Source: Histomonas meleagridis 2922-C6/04-290x | Taxonomy: Eukaryota > Protista > Parabasalia | Length of the DNA: 64,000 nucleotides | Assembly: GCA_020184695.1 (NCBI GenBank) | Contig: JAANOX010000253.1 | Span: forward strand, 310,001 to 374,000 | Direction of reading: 5' to 3' | In this document: piece by piece, positions 12,106 to 23,931 of the stretch | How the letters are laid out: every line of letters begins with the position of its first letter | Numbering within the stretch: position 1 is the stretch's first letter | The notes under the pieces: generated by a model | Database searches by the model: none | The model's input: the letters and a program-made list of their open reading frames with translations, nothing else | What the model was told of the DNA's origin: nothing | Made by a program: the position numbers and the translations under genes

Positions 12106-12950
12106 TTATAACCATCTTCCCAAATTCTCTTTCTTTAATACAAATTTATTGTTTTCAACTCTGGAGAAAATTATTTGATTATATAATTCGCATCTATTTA
12201 TATTCGAAACGAATGAAATTCCGCCGTCACACTTATAGCATTTAGACTTTATGTACAATCCCATAAAGTAATCTGGATAATACATAAACAATGCATTAAA
12301 AACATTTTCTTCTCTGACAACATTTTTACATTGTGAAAGGTATAAGTCGTGAACTTTAAAGAACAATTCTTTTGTTTTTTAATGGATTCTCTTCGACCAC
12401 CAAAAAATCCCCCAATTACAAAATTAGCAAAATTCGGATCAAGTTCTTTTAGTGGCTCATATTCTTTGCCAGAAAGATATTGTATCTCATTAAGTTCGAT
12501 TAAAAATTGTGGATGTGTTTCAAATATTTTCTCAACGCGTTTTTGAGATGGTATTTGAAGTCCTGTGAAATTCGTCTTTTTTATTTATCCCGACATCAAT
12601 CCAAAAATATGTATTTATAATCATACGGAAAAATTACTTACATCTTCAAGTAAACATATTTTGGAATTCCATATGGAGTCAAGGTTTTCACTTATAATAA
12701 TTTTTTTGTGCAATTTAAACATATTGCTTTTTTGTATTTTTGTATATTACAAATGTCATATGGTGATTTATACGTAAAGTTAATGTAAAGAGATCGTATA
12801 CTTGTGTTTAGTTGAAGTATTTCTAATCCTAATTCATTATTATAAAGATAAAAATCAGCTTCTTCTGATATCATTTTTAGAAGTTTGATGAAGCATTCAA
12901 TATATTATTTTGTTGGATGTCTTTGAAGTTTTTGATTCAAGAAAATAATA
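12106..12950 (-). pseudogene. HtrL/YibB-like putative glycosyltransferase pseudogene
   Basis: Split frames read 'YKYIFWIDVG' (~12590) and 'NFVIGGFFGG...FKVHDLYL...EENVFNALFMYYPDYF'. Confidence 0.55.
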
Positions 12951-14210
12951 AAAAGATGAAACATAAGCAATGTTTTTCTTTTTTCCTTTATTCTCTCCAA
13001 TTTTGCTTATATTAAAAAAAGCTGTTTTTATTGGTGCACAGAAATGATAAAATATTATCCCTGCTAAAATCGGTTGAAAAAAATTGATACATAAAACAAA
13101 ACATAATTAAAAAAAAGTGGTGGGTTAGAAAAATTGGTTAATTTCTGGTGAATCCCTTTAGGATGTTTCAATTCCGTCTTTATAAATGTTGCATTATGCT
13201 TTATTTCTGTTAGATTAAGTAAAATTATTCAAAAATTTTGTGCACAAGAAAATGGAAAGTTGAAGGAAGAGGAAATCGTTTTTTAACTGTTTATTTAGTT
13301 CCACATATACATTTTTTTAATTTTTTTTCTGATATTTCATCATTTAACTTTTTATTTTTTTGTAATTAATTTGAAATAATTATTCAATTTCTAATTCCAA
13401 AATATTTTGAATTAATTCGTTTTGTTCTTCATTGAGAGTTGAGATTCTTTTGTTTTCTGTTTTTTTAACTAGTTTGCGAAGTTGCTGATTTTCTCGTTTT
13501 TGTGTTTTGTATATTTTTATTAAATTCGTTCTTATGCTCCTTTGGCTTCTAAAATTGTTTCAACTGAAGCTTGTTTCGAAACTAAATTATGAAGTTTTTT
13601 GATTAAATATGGAAGAACAGAGTGAAGTGATTGAAGTTTTTATGATTTTTGTTTCGTTTATTTTTGAATTTTGGTAATTAATCTTGATTTTCATAAACAA
13701 AAATAATTACTGATTTTTTGTCCTTGGAGAATAAAATTAACTGTTTTGTCTTGTCTGGAAATTGAAATATTTGATTAATTTTTTCTAAATGGTGGAAATG
13801 ATTGATTCTGTTCGTATATCAATGTCAAAATTTGGTTGTGCTAAGGAAAAATAGGGTGTCTCCCTATTTTTGATTTTTTTATTTACAGATTCTTTCCATC
13901 TTTGGTTCATTTTGGAAAGAAGAAATTTATATGTAATATGATCTAAAAGGAGGAGTTATAGGGCGGCACTATCTTCGGATTGTAACTTCTTCTTGCAAGA
14001 GTCAATTTTGTAATTTTGTTGTAATATGTCTGGCTGTACATATGTACTTTTTTACGATAGTTATGAATACAACAAGAAGACGTATTTTATTTCATTATTG
14101 TAAAAAAATTTAGAAGACAAAAAAACAAAAACTATTTTATCATTATTATGTATAATTTTACTTTTTATAAATAAGTTAACATAAAATTTTTTATTATTTT
14201 ATTGTTGTCC

Positions 14211-14918
14211 ATGGCAGCATTAATTCATGTGAAAGTATCCAAAGCACAATATTTAAATTATGATGGAGAAAATGAGACACTACCTAATACATTTGTTGCT
14301 TTATGTCTAAGAAGTCAATTCCCAACCAATTGTTTTGTTTCTTCTATTCAAGAAAAAACGCAAAATCCTATATGGAATGATGAATTCTTTTTTAAATGTA
14401 AAGAGCCTAAATTAGATTCATTATTTATTGATATATATCAATTCATTGATGAATATCATAAGATTAAGATTGTAGACACAATAATATTTTCAATATCAAA
14501 ATTAAACAAAATAAACAAAAAAATTATTAAAAACTTTTATTTGAAGCAATCAACAATAAATAAAAGCAAGAACGTGGTAGGATTGTTAACACTTGAATTT
14601 AAAACATTTAACAGATCTATCAAAACAAGAACAAAAAAGATAACAAAAGTTAAAACAAAAAAAATATCAAAACCAATTTCACCCATTGAAAAAAGAAAGA
14701 ATCCAAAAAAAACTTCTAAAAGTCAGAAGGAATGTATTGAGAACGAAGAATCATGTGATAGTGAACAATATGAGCAAAAGAAAGGAATAAACCAAATGAA
14801 AAAAGAAAAGAAAGGTTCAAAAAAAGAAAATACTAGAAGATCGAACTTAAATACATATGAACCACTTTATTTTTATGAAGATGCATTTTATAATGAAGAT
14901 ATTCAAAAATATGAATGA
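14211..14918 (+). CDS. C2-domain protein with Lys-rich tail
   Basis: 'IHVKVSKAQYL...PNTFV...QEKTQNPIWNDEFFF...LFIDIY' fits a C2 domain. Confidence 0.75.
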   Translation: MAALIHVKVSKAQYLNYDGENETLPNTFVALCLRSQFPTNCFVSSIQEKTQNPIWNDEFFFKCKEPKLDSLFIDIYQFIDEYHKIKIVDTIIFSISKLNKINKKIIKNFYLKQSTINKSKNVVGLLTLEFKTFNRSIKTRTKKITKVKTKKISKPISPIEKRKNPKKTSKSQKECIENEESCDSEQYEQKKGINQMKKEKKGSKKENTRRSNLNTYEPLYFYEDAFYNEDIQKYE

Positions 14919-15093
14919 AATCTCTTTCACAAACGATGGATCCATCCATACTTTTAAAAGTAAATCTCATTAGTGAGCTATTTTTTTATTTTTTTCTCAT
15001 TTGAGCTATACATATTAATTAAGCTTTTTAATTTATTCAGATCATTAAAATGAATAAAAATTTACTACCAACCGTTTGAATAAAATTCGTTTT

Positions 15094-15556
15094 GAAAATT
15101 GACGGTTATGATGATAAAGACAGCGATTTTATTTCATTCATCGGACATAAGCGCATTTCATCATTTTCATCAATGCATTGGTTGTACTCACAAACACAAG
15201 CTCCCAGTGAGTAATAATCTGGTAATTCTTCCTTAAAAGAAATTGCGTGATCACGCAATGGAAGAAAGTTTCTTGAATTGACAAGAACAACATACACAAC
15301 AATTATCAACAATAACTTTCTCGACAAGGTGTTCAATAAACCTTTTTCTATCTTTAAGTTTTTCTAGATATGAAAACCTAAATCCATGCAAACTCAAATA
15401 TTCAAGAGCAATATATTTGTTTTCAAATGTTTGGCCACAACGAAATATTTAGTAACCAAAATATCATGACATTGAGAATCATCAAATTCACCATCATCAT
15501 CTTCCTCTTCAATGATTACTTGATGATTGTGTTCAGCAGCTCATTTCTTGGCGTCT
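15094..15556 (-). repeat. Arm 1 of ~463-bp inverted repeat (partner 16929-17397); decayed Mutator/FAR1-like DNA-binding domain
   Basis: Reverse-complement match to 16929-17397. Translation is 'FRCGQTFENKYIALEYLSLHGFRFSY...CVCCSCQF...CEYNQC'. Confidence 0.85.
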
Positions 15557-16928
15557 ATAGAGAATTGTAATATGAAAAATGATCGTTGCCATATCGCAAA
15601 ATGTCACGATTCCCCCCTGTTGAAAGAGTCTATTTTAATAACATATTTCTAAATCTTTAGCAAATAAAGATTACAAAAGCATTGACCTTTACGTTGTTTT
15701 CTTTTGGTCCTTACATTATCAACTTTAGTTACAAGGAATTATTAAAAAAACTTTTTTACCATTTTGGTGAATTACATTTTTGCGAAACTTTTTGACCTTG
15801 CAAAAACATATTGAGATTTTTGCTAAAACATAAATCTTATGATAACAATAAGTTAAATATAAAATTTCTTCAAAAAATATTGAAATATTTGAAACATATT
15901 TATAAAAAAAATTTATCATATATTCTGCAATGGAATGGAATACAGGTTTTATTTTTGAAACAAAAATATTTCCGCACAAAATCAAAAATAATGAAAACAA
16001 AATAATAGAAATTATTGAAGGAAATCTGAAAAATAATTTTGATCAACATTTTTTAAGCAAGAAGGAAAAGCCCGAAATTATAAATACTAAATTTTTCTAA
16101 TTTTTTGATTCTCTCTTTAAATTCTAAATATAATATTTCAATATAAAATTATCGAGCTATTTTCATAATAAACATATTTACAAAAGCATCACTTTTTCTT
16201 AAAAACGGTTAAACCCATTTCGATCAAGAATAGTTGGATGGGTTCATAACCTGTAAACTATGCAAAAGTCGAATTTGGCACTTTTTTGAGTGAAAGAATA
16301 AATTTATTTTGTGCTAATCATGACATTATCCTTAGTTATTCATTAATCATAGATGCAACATTGTATATATATTATATATTCATAATATCAAGATCGTAGG
16401 ATGAACGCTATATGCGATGGTACAAAATCGCAAGTTGAGTTTTATATATCGTATTAATAGAAACATAATTATTTCTAAAATTAAAGATTAATATACTTAA
16501 TATATTATTGATTTATTGAGAAAAATTTTGGGTAAATAAAATGATGATATTGATATTGCAATAGAAGGATTTGATTGTCGTGCTTTTAATGAAAAATAAA
16601 ATGAAATATTTCCAATACAAAAATACTGATATGTAAAAACATATCACAATTGAACACATTTTATTAATAATGAATTTTGGATTGATATTTGTTCTTTAAG
16701 ACTGATGATTTTGCTTATTCAGATACAAATTCACTTGGAAAACCATTATCCGATGCGATATACATATGGTTTTGAAAATATATTTTATATTTCTTGCTTG
16801 ATTTTAATGAGCGGACTCCCTTGTAACAATTGTCATGTGCGTTCTAACAACAACACTGAAATTTAAAACCAGCAACCAAAATTAAATCTTGTAAAATTGT
16901 TAGCCAAAAAAGCAGAACAAGCAGAAGA

Positions 16929-17397
16929 AGACGCCAAGAAATGAGCTGCTGAACACAATCATCAAGTAATCATTGAAGAGGAAGATGATGATGGTGAATT
17001 TGATGATTCTCAATGTCATGATATTTTGGTTACTAAATATTTCGTTGTGGCCAAACATTTGAAAACAAATATATTGCTCTTGAATATTTGAGTTTGCATG
17101 GATTTAGGTTTTCATATCTAGAAAAAAACTTAAAAGATAGAAAAAAAGGATTATTGAAAACCTTGTAGAGAAAGTTATTGTTGATAATTGTTGTGTATGT
17201 TATTCTTGAAAATTCTTGAAAGTTTCTTCAATTGTGTGATCACGTAATTTATTTTTAAGGAAGAATTACCAGATTATTACTCACTGGGAGCTTGTGTTTG
17301 TGAGTACAACCAATGCATTGATGAAAATGATGAAATGCGCTTATGTCCGATGAATGAAATAAAATCGCTGTCTTTATCATCATAACCGTCAATTTTC
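16929..17397 (+). repeat. Arm 2 of ~463-bp inverted repeat
   Basis: Matches the reverse complement of 15094-15556, with small indels in A-runs. Confidence 0.9.
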
Positions 17398-17444
17398 GAA
17401 TAATTTGCCACCAGATTTGAACAATTGGCAAATATAAAAGGTAC

Positions 17445-18972
17445 AAATAACATCGCATCGAGTGGAAGTTGATGAGTTTCCCTGGCGAGGTACAACACAT
17501 TGTGCGTATAAATATCAGTAAAAACTCTTAAAATTTTGTGTTTGGATTTGTTTATTAAATCCAAAGGTAATGAATTACCTTATTCTTCATCTTCTTTAGA
17601 AGCGAAACAGTGACGTCAACATTGAATTGTAGCGATAACGGCACTGTGCGTCCGAAGTATCGCCTATTTCCCGAGCAATTTGCGCCCATTTGTTACCATA
17701 GGTACTATGCAACTTGGCAAGCTTTATGTAATCGTTCAGTGTCCATTGCTTGTTTCGTATGCCTGGGTAAAGAACCCTTTGCCATCTTTGTTGGCATTGC
17801 GAATTATCTCTTCCGTTCCCGACAAATGTGGCGATCAGGCTCCATTCTGTACCAGTACAAGTAAAATGCCTCATAGCAAGCGATTGTCTTCGGCATACTT
17901 CCAGTGACGTGTAACTTGTCGACCCCCAGAGTTACACTTGAAGATGTCGCCTTCAACTGGAAGTGGTGGCTGGTTTCTGCAACTTAAGATCTCGTTGAGG
18001 CGAATGAGAGCTAAGTTGCCCATTGGAAACAAATTGATGTAGTTTATTGCTGCTTCTGTGTTTTCCTGTTGCTGTATGATAGTTGTCAAGCAGCTGCTTA
18101 TGTAATTTATGATTTGATCCGGATATTCGTTGCCATCAAGAATGATCCCAAGACAGAAGTTGACGAGGGGCTGGTAATTCGCAGCAGTCATGCTTATTAG
18201 ATAATGAGGTGATGATGGCCATGCAGATGATTTTAATACAATTTTCTTAAAAAGCAAAGTCTCCGATAACTTTTTTTGATAATGTAAAAAAATAATACCT
18301 GTGAAAATTCCAACTTTTTGTTTGAAATTTGCGGTTGACGTATTTCGTTACAATTTTTTTTTGACCATAAATTCCAGAACATTCATTTAAAAATTATGTG
18401 CTTTTTTCTGGAAAGTGGTCGGTGCAACATAGCTTCCATAAATGTTCACATGACAAAACTATGATCATCACTTGGTGTTAGGAAACAAAGGGTGCAGTGT
18501 TGATACAATTGATAAAGGAAGACGGACATCGTGTTGATTACAAAATATTTGGATATCAATAAATATGATCAAAAGAAAATTTGAATGGTCTTTTGGGTTC
18601 GATAACTGGATACAGTTTGATGGGTAGCCAACATCACAACAAAAAATTTGAATTTTGAAATATTTCAACCAAGATAAAAATGGATAAAGAATGTTGAAAG
18701 ACAAAACACCACAAAACCCACAACAATGAAGGAAATATGGAGATTGGAGGGATCCAAGATAATACTTGATATATTGGATCAATTGATATTGTCATAATAT
18801 TGAAAAATGGATTTGTAACATGTAACAACTTGGTTACTTGTGTAATTGTTGGATATTATTATCAGTTAGAATATCTCTAATAACAGTAAAAAGTATGATT
18901 GTTATTACAAAATCTGGTTGGTTACACAAGTGAAAAAGAGATGATTAATAGCATCATGAAATAGAATATGAT
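17445..18972 (-). repeat. Arm 2 of ~1.52-kb inverted segmental duplication
   Basis: Reverse complement of 9086-10609. Confidence 0.95.
17596..18191 (-). pseudogene. Frameshifted duplicate of the Myb gene
   Basis: Same sequence as 9865-10458, but with a 1-nt insertion (gtacTggtac vs gtacggtac) near 17856 that splits the ORF. Confidence 0.85.
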
Positions 18973-19049
18973 TCATATTTTTGTTCCTCTTCTTTGGAGA
19001 GCATAATTTTTAATTCTGATCATTACTCGCATTTGGACGATAAAAAACC

Positions 19050-20050
19050 ACTCAATTTTACGTTGGATATTAATGGACGAATATTTGGTTAGCTCGAACA
19101 AAAGTAAATTGAGATTGCGCTTCTTATCAAAATGTGGTTTTTGCTGGTGTTTGAAACTTTTCGTACGGAAATTAACGCTCAAGAGTTTCGCCTTTCTGTA
19201 TTAACAAAACAAAAAATCTTCAAGCACCATGGATCATTATGAGTTTTGCCAATATGAGAAAATATTAAACCAAATAATCTGATTTTACGTCATTGATTCG
19301 TCTAAACAGTTTTTCGTTTATTTTTTTTTTTTAATAATTTACATATATAACTCATATGGTATGATCGCAAGAATGGCTCTGATCACGTTGTTGACACATC
19401 TTTCGAAACTTGTTACGGTAATAATGCTCGTCATCAGTCTGTTTATCATCACAACTTTTTCATCGTTCGTCCAAATCCTCAATCTCATAATTCTGGTACA
19501 ACATGGAATGGTCACTATATTGTCATTCCATTCATTTCATATTTTCGAGATTATCATCCAGACAAAATCAATTGGACTCGCAAACGAAATTACATTGCTT
19601 TTATTGCACAGACTTATGGTGTTGCCAGTAAAACAAGTAAAGTTGTTCGTCAAAGGCAACTTCTCTTATACAAAACATGACGCGCGGTAAAGTATTACTT
19701 TTTCGTAGAAGTAAATCATCCATCATAGATACTGTTAAATTACTTCCACAATATTATATGAGTTCAGACTTTGTGTTTGCCCAAGAGGTGACCTTATTCT
19801 TCAAAACAAAAGAGTTTTCGATACAACTTATTTCGGTGTATTCCTGTTTTGATTTCAGATCCAATGACAATGCCATTTGAATTACTCAAAATTCTCTGTG
19901 TGAATTCCAGAAAATGAATACATTCAGATTTAGATATCATGGAAATGAGCCTCCAAAAGTGGGTGAGGCTTTTTGGGCATTTTGTAACACCTATAATTTT
20001 TGATTGCGAAATAGTTCGGTTAAACTATGAAATGAATGGTATATGAAGCT
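19050..20050 (+). pseudogene. Exostosin-like (GT47) glycosyltransferase pseudogene
   Basis: Across frames: 'WYDRKNGSDHVV', 'MSSDF..CPRGD...KRVFD...G.IPVLISDPMTMPF' and 'YSKFSV.IPENE'. These are the GT47 WxRxxGxDH and SxFCLxPxGD...GCIPV motifs. Confidence 0.75.
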
Positions 20051-21019
20051 TTTTGTTGTGAATTCATATGCGTCTAAAATGTATTTTAAACCATTTGCCA
20101 GTGTTTAATACACTATTTGAAAACCTTAAGTATGTTGAAGAATTCGTATGTGTGATTGATAGTATAAGCTTCTGAAATTATTAAGTTCTTATACTTCTGG
20201 TTTGAATACAAGATCAGAAAAAAGAGATGGAATTGATGTGCATATAAACACGTTGATGCGCTAATTATTAAATACAATTCGTATGGAACTATCTGCATAC
20301 AAAATGTGCTTGGAATTGTTTGATGACTACGAAATTATGCATAGATTTCAGGTTTGGCTCGGGTCACAGATGCTTCGATTGAAACTCCTTTGCCTGATGG
20401 CTTGAGTAATTAAAAAAATTCAACAGCTTTGAGGCGAGAATGCTTTTACCATTGCTTCGTTTCCTAGAACGAACAATAACAAATGTTTCTGCAAAGTGTT
20501 TTACTTGATTAAAATTGCTTTGAGCCCAAGGAACCATCCAGCGCTTCGGCAACCGTTATTAACGTTCTCTTTATCATAGTTTCTATTAAATAGTGTTCAT
20601 ATTTTTAGGCATTTCATAGCCTGCTCGCATCATGTTTTTGATATTTTCTTTTGTTTTTGAAAATTTGAATTTTTTAGCACTCTTTCTTTTTTAAGAGGTA
20701 CAGCAGCAGAAAGCGGTTTTGATATTTTTACCTTATTCTAACTAATTTATTGGAAGGCCAGAATTGAAAGTAACATGTCTATTTGAATTGATTCATGATG
20801 AAAAAAATCAATTCAAGAAAAAATTGTAAATTTTGTTCTCTACAAAAAACTAAAGTTTGGTGGCTTCTTCATATTCTTGTTGTGAGTTTGGATGAATAAT
20901 TACTTGAATTTTAGCTCAAAATTCATTCATCCAAATTGCACGTTTAAAATAACGCTTTTTTTATCAACTATAAAATCATGTTGTAAGAAGGAGGTTAAGA
21001 TATCCGAATCTCTCCAAAA

Positions 21020-21499
21020 ATGGAGCAAGACATCTATTCTTTTATCGAAAGCTTAGAGGTTAAAAAAGTTCAGTATAAAGATGTATGCGAGGCATATGCT
21101 TATATAGTTGGTTATAGATGGGCTAACAGAGAAGAAGATGATTTTTCAACAACAGAATCTAATGAAATAATTCAAAAGAAACCTGAAGATCAAACCAAGG
21201 AACAGAATGTAAAACTTCCTGGAAAATCTGCAGAAAAATGACAAAATTCAATAAAGCGTGAAATTGTATCAGGCAAAAGAGTTGCCATTCTTTGGAACGA
21301 AAAGGAGATTGATTGTCTTAAAAATGGAATTAAAAAATATGGGTGCAGAGCATGGGCAAAAATACGGTCAGAGTTTCAAGTATTTCATGAAAATGGAAGA
21401 ACACCAAAAGACCTTTATGATAAAACGCGTAGCTATAAGAAATCAAATGAATAGTTCCGCAAGATTTGTGAGGAACATCCAAATAACCTAAGAAAATAA
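21020..21499 (+). pseudogene. TRF/telobox-like single-Myb protein interrupted by two in-frame stops
   Basis: One frame throughout. After TGA 21239-41 it reads 'KRVAILWNEKEIDCLKNGIKKYGCRAWAKIRSEFQVFHENGRTPKDLYDKTRSY', then TAG 21452-54, then TAA 21497-99. Confidence 0.75.
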
Positions 21500-21529
21500 T
21501 TCAAATCGGTTGGAATGTATACGTATTAG

Positions 21530-21930
21530 TAAAATCGCAAGTTGAGTTTAATATATAGTATTAATATTAATAGATACTTAAAATGTTATTGATTTATTGA
21601 GAAAAATTTTGGGTAAATAAAATGATGATATTGATATTGCAATTGAAGGATGTGATTGTCATGATATTTTTGTTACTGAATGTTTACTTTGTGTTTGGCC
21701 AAACATTTGAAAACAAATACATTGCTCTTGAACATTTGGGTTTGCATGGATTTAGGTTCCTATATCTAGAAAAATTTAAAGACAGAAAAAGGTTTATTGA
21801 ACACCTTGTCGAGAAAGTTGTCGTTGATAATTGTTGTGTATGTTGTTCTTGTCAATACAAGCAACTTTCTGCCATTGCGTGATCACGCAATTTCTTTTGA
21901 GGAAGAATCAGCACACTATTACTCACCGGG
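21530..21930 (+). repeat. Third, chimeric copy of the 16424-16580 and 17005-17290 sequences
   Basis: 21530-21660 resembles 16424-16580, and 21657-21930 resembles 17005-17290. Confidence 0.8.
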
Positions 21931-22049
21931 AACTTATGTTTTAAAAAGATATTTCCAAAGTAACTCGCATTTTAATAATCGCTATAAATAATGAAGTCGT
22001 CTGTTGTAAAATAGTGATGTGATACTTAACGTATTAGGAACAGTAAGTA

Positions 22050-22990
22050 AAACAAGAACTATATAATAACTTTAATGAATTATTACAACAAAAAGTAATG
22101 GAAATAGCACAAAATGAAGAAGAAATGAAAATCAAATTATAAATTGATGCAAAAATAAAAATCGAACAAAACTTTAATAAAAACACTAAAGAAATTTCTG
22201 ACTGTAAAAACAATATCGAAAACATAAAACAAGAAATTAAAGAATTAAAAAAAATGAAATTAATTTATATAAAACATTATGGATAGATATGAACCAAACG
22301 AAAAATGAAAACAAAGAAATAATTAATAAACTTCAAGAAACGAATTTAATTTTAGAGCAAATACTTTTGGAAAAAAAAAAAAAATTGAAGAAGAAAAATA
22401 AAAGAAATTCCCTCAAAAAGAAGATGATGACGAAATGAATGAAATTGAAGAAAAAAATTAAAATCTTTGTGCGCATCAATCGAACATTCTATAAAGCAGC
22501 AGAAACATTTCATAGAGAAATAAAGAATTAAACAGCAATAAGCACATAAAATTATAAACCAAAGAGTGCAAAATCTCGAACAAATAAAAAATAAAGAATT
22601 GTTGAAATAAAAAGTAAAATAAGAAAAAATAAACAAAAGACGAAAGAAATTGAGCAAATGCTCCAAATTGAAATTCAGAAATATCAATAAATCTGTTTTT
22701 ATGTTTAAACAAGAAAAGCAAATGCTTGATTCACATTATCCAAAAGCACAAGAATTAATTAAAACGAATCAAGAAAAATGAGAAAAACTTATTTTGATAA
22801 TGAAAGAAATGGATGAAAGACTTGGATTAGTTGTACCAACAGAAGATGCAACAAAAGCTTGAAGAGAAACACGTGTCATACATAAATAATAAATGAGAAA
22901 CAAGAACAAATTAATGAATTGATGAGAAATATTAATGAAAGTAAAGAAGAAATCAAAGAAATACAAAATCAAATTGATGGCATAAAATGT
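22050..22990 (+). pseudogene. Decayed coiled-coil protein gene
   Basis: K/E/Q/I-rich heptad-like reading in alternating frames, with many stops and A-run frameshifts. Confidence 0.4.
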
Positions 22991-23199
22991 CACATAATAG
23001 AGATTATACTTTTTTAATATTCAAGTGTTATACTTATAAAACATTATTTATAAAAATATTGTAATAACATTAAAAATCCTAACTTCTTGAAAATAAATAT
23101 GATGTTGATGTGTTAAAAACAATTAATAGTTTTACAATAGCATGAACATACAAAAAATATCAGTCAAAAAAATATTTCATTTAGACATAAACTGATGAA

Positions 23200-23535
23200 A
23201 AGTACATAACTTCATCGTTTAATTTCCAGAAGAACAGCAAATCAATCTTGCCAATGTTCTTATATAAGAATTACAAAATCATTTACCGTCCATACGCTGT
23301 TTTGTTCATGTGCATGTGCATTGATGCTACCAATAATGAATTTGCTATTCTAGAAACAATTGATCTCTTTGTCGAAATCATGTACACATACTTCGGGAAA
23401 GTTGGTGAAATAGATTTACTAATTGGCTCCCATAAAGTGTATGTAATGCTTGATGAATTCATTGTTGCTGGTGGATTTGGTGAATGCAATAGACAAACAA
23501 TCGTAAAACAGAATGAAACGATTAGATACCTTTGA
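23200..23535 (+). pseudogene. Adaptor-complex (AP-1/AP-2) sigma subunit, degenerate
   Basis: 'YKIIYRPYAVLFMC...NNEFAILETIDLFVEIMYTYFGKVGEIDL...KVYVMLDE' matches the Clat_adaptor_s pattern. The N-terminus is missing. Confidence 0.8.
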
Positions 23536-23669
23536 CAAAACAAAAAACAATTATTTTATCTTTGTTGACATTCTATTTTAAATTTTATGTAAAATTTAGG
23601 CTAACTTGTGACTTGCAGGTCATTTTAAAATGTTAAATCATTAAAATAAATATGAAATAAAACAAAATG

Positions 23670-23931
23670 ATATTTTTAGCATTAATATCAATTCCTTTTT
23701 GTTCAAGAAGTATTTCAACTATTTCTATATGACCATATACAGATGCCAACATAAGTGCTGTATAAAATGACAATAATAATTTCCACATATTATTTTGAAA
23801 TATTAAACTATTAAAACAGATTTTAAATAAAACAAATATATATTTTTCGCATCAATATCAATTCCTTTTTGTTCAAGAAGTAATTCAACAATTTCTATTT
23901 GACCATTTCCAGATGCATAAATAAATGCTGC
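23670..23931 (-). pseudogene. Two ankyrin repeats separated by an 80-nt non-coding spacer
   Basis: 'AAFIYASGNGQIEIVELLLEQKGIDIDAKN' and 'TALMLASVYGHIEIVEILLEQKGIDINAKN'. Confidence 0.85.

Noticed and set aside
13020-14100. Possible coiled-coil gene on the minus strand
   Set aside because: Too many stops and frameshifts and no identifiable domain.
21020-21499. Alternative genetic code (stop reassignment) suggested by in-frame stops in several genes
   Set aside because: Intact genes end with all three stops (TGA 4645, TAG 6027, TAA 6777), and the 2291-aa TOR has no internal stops.
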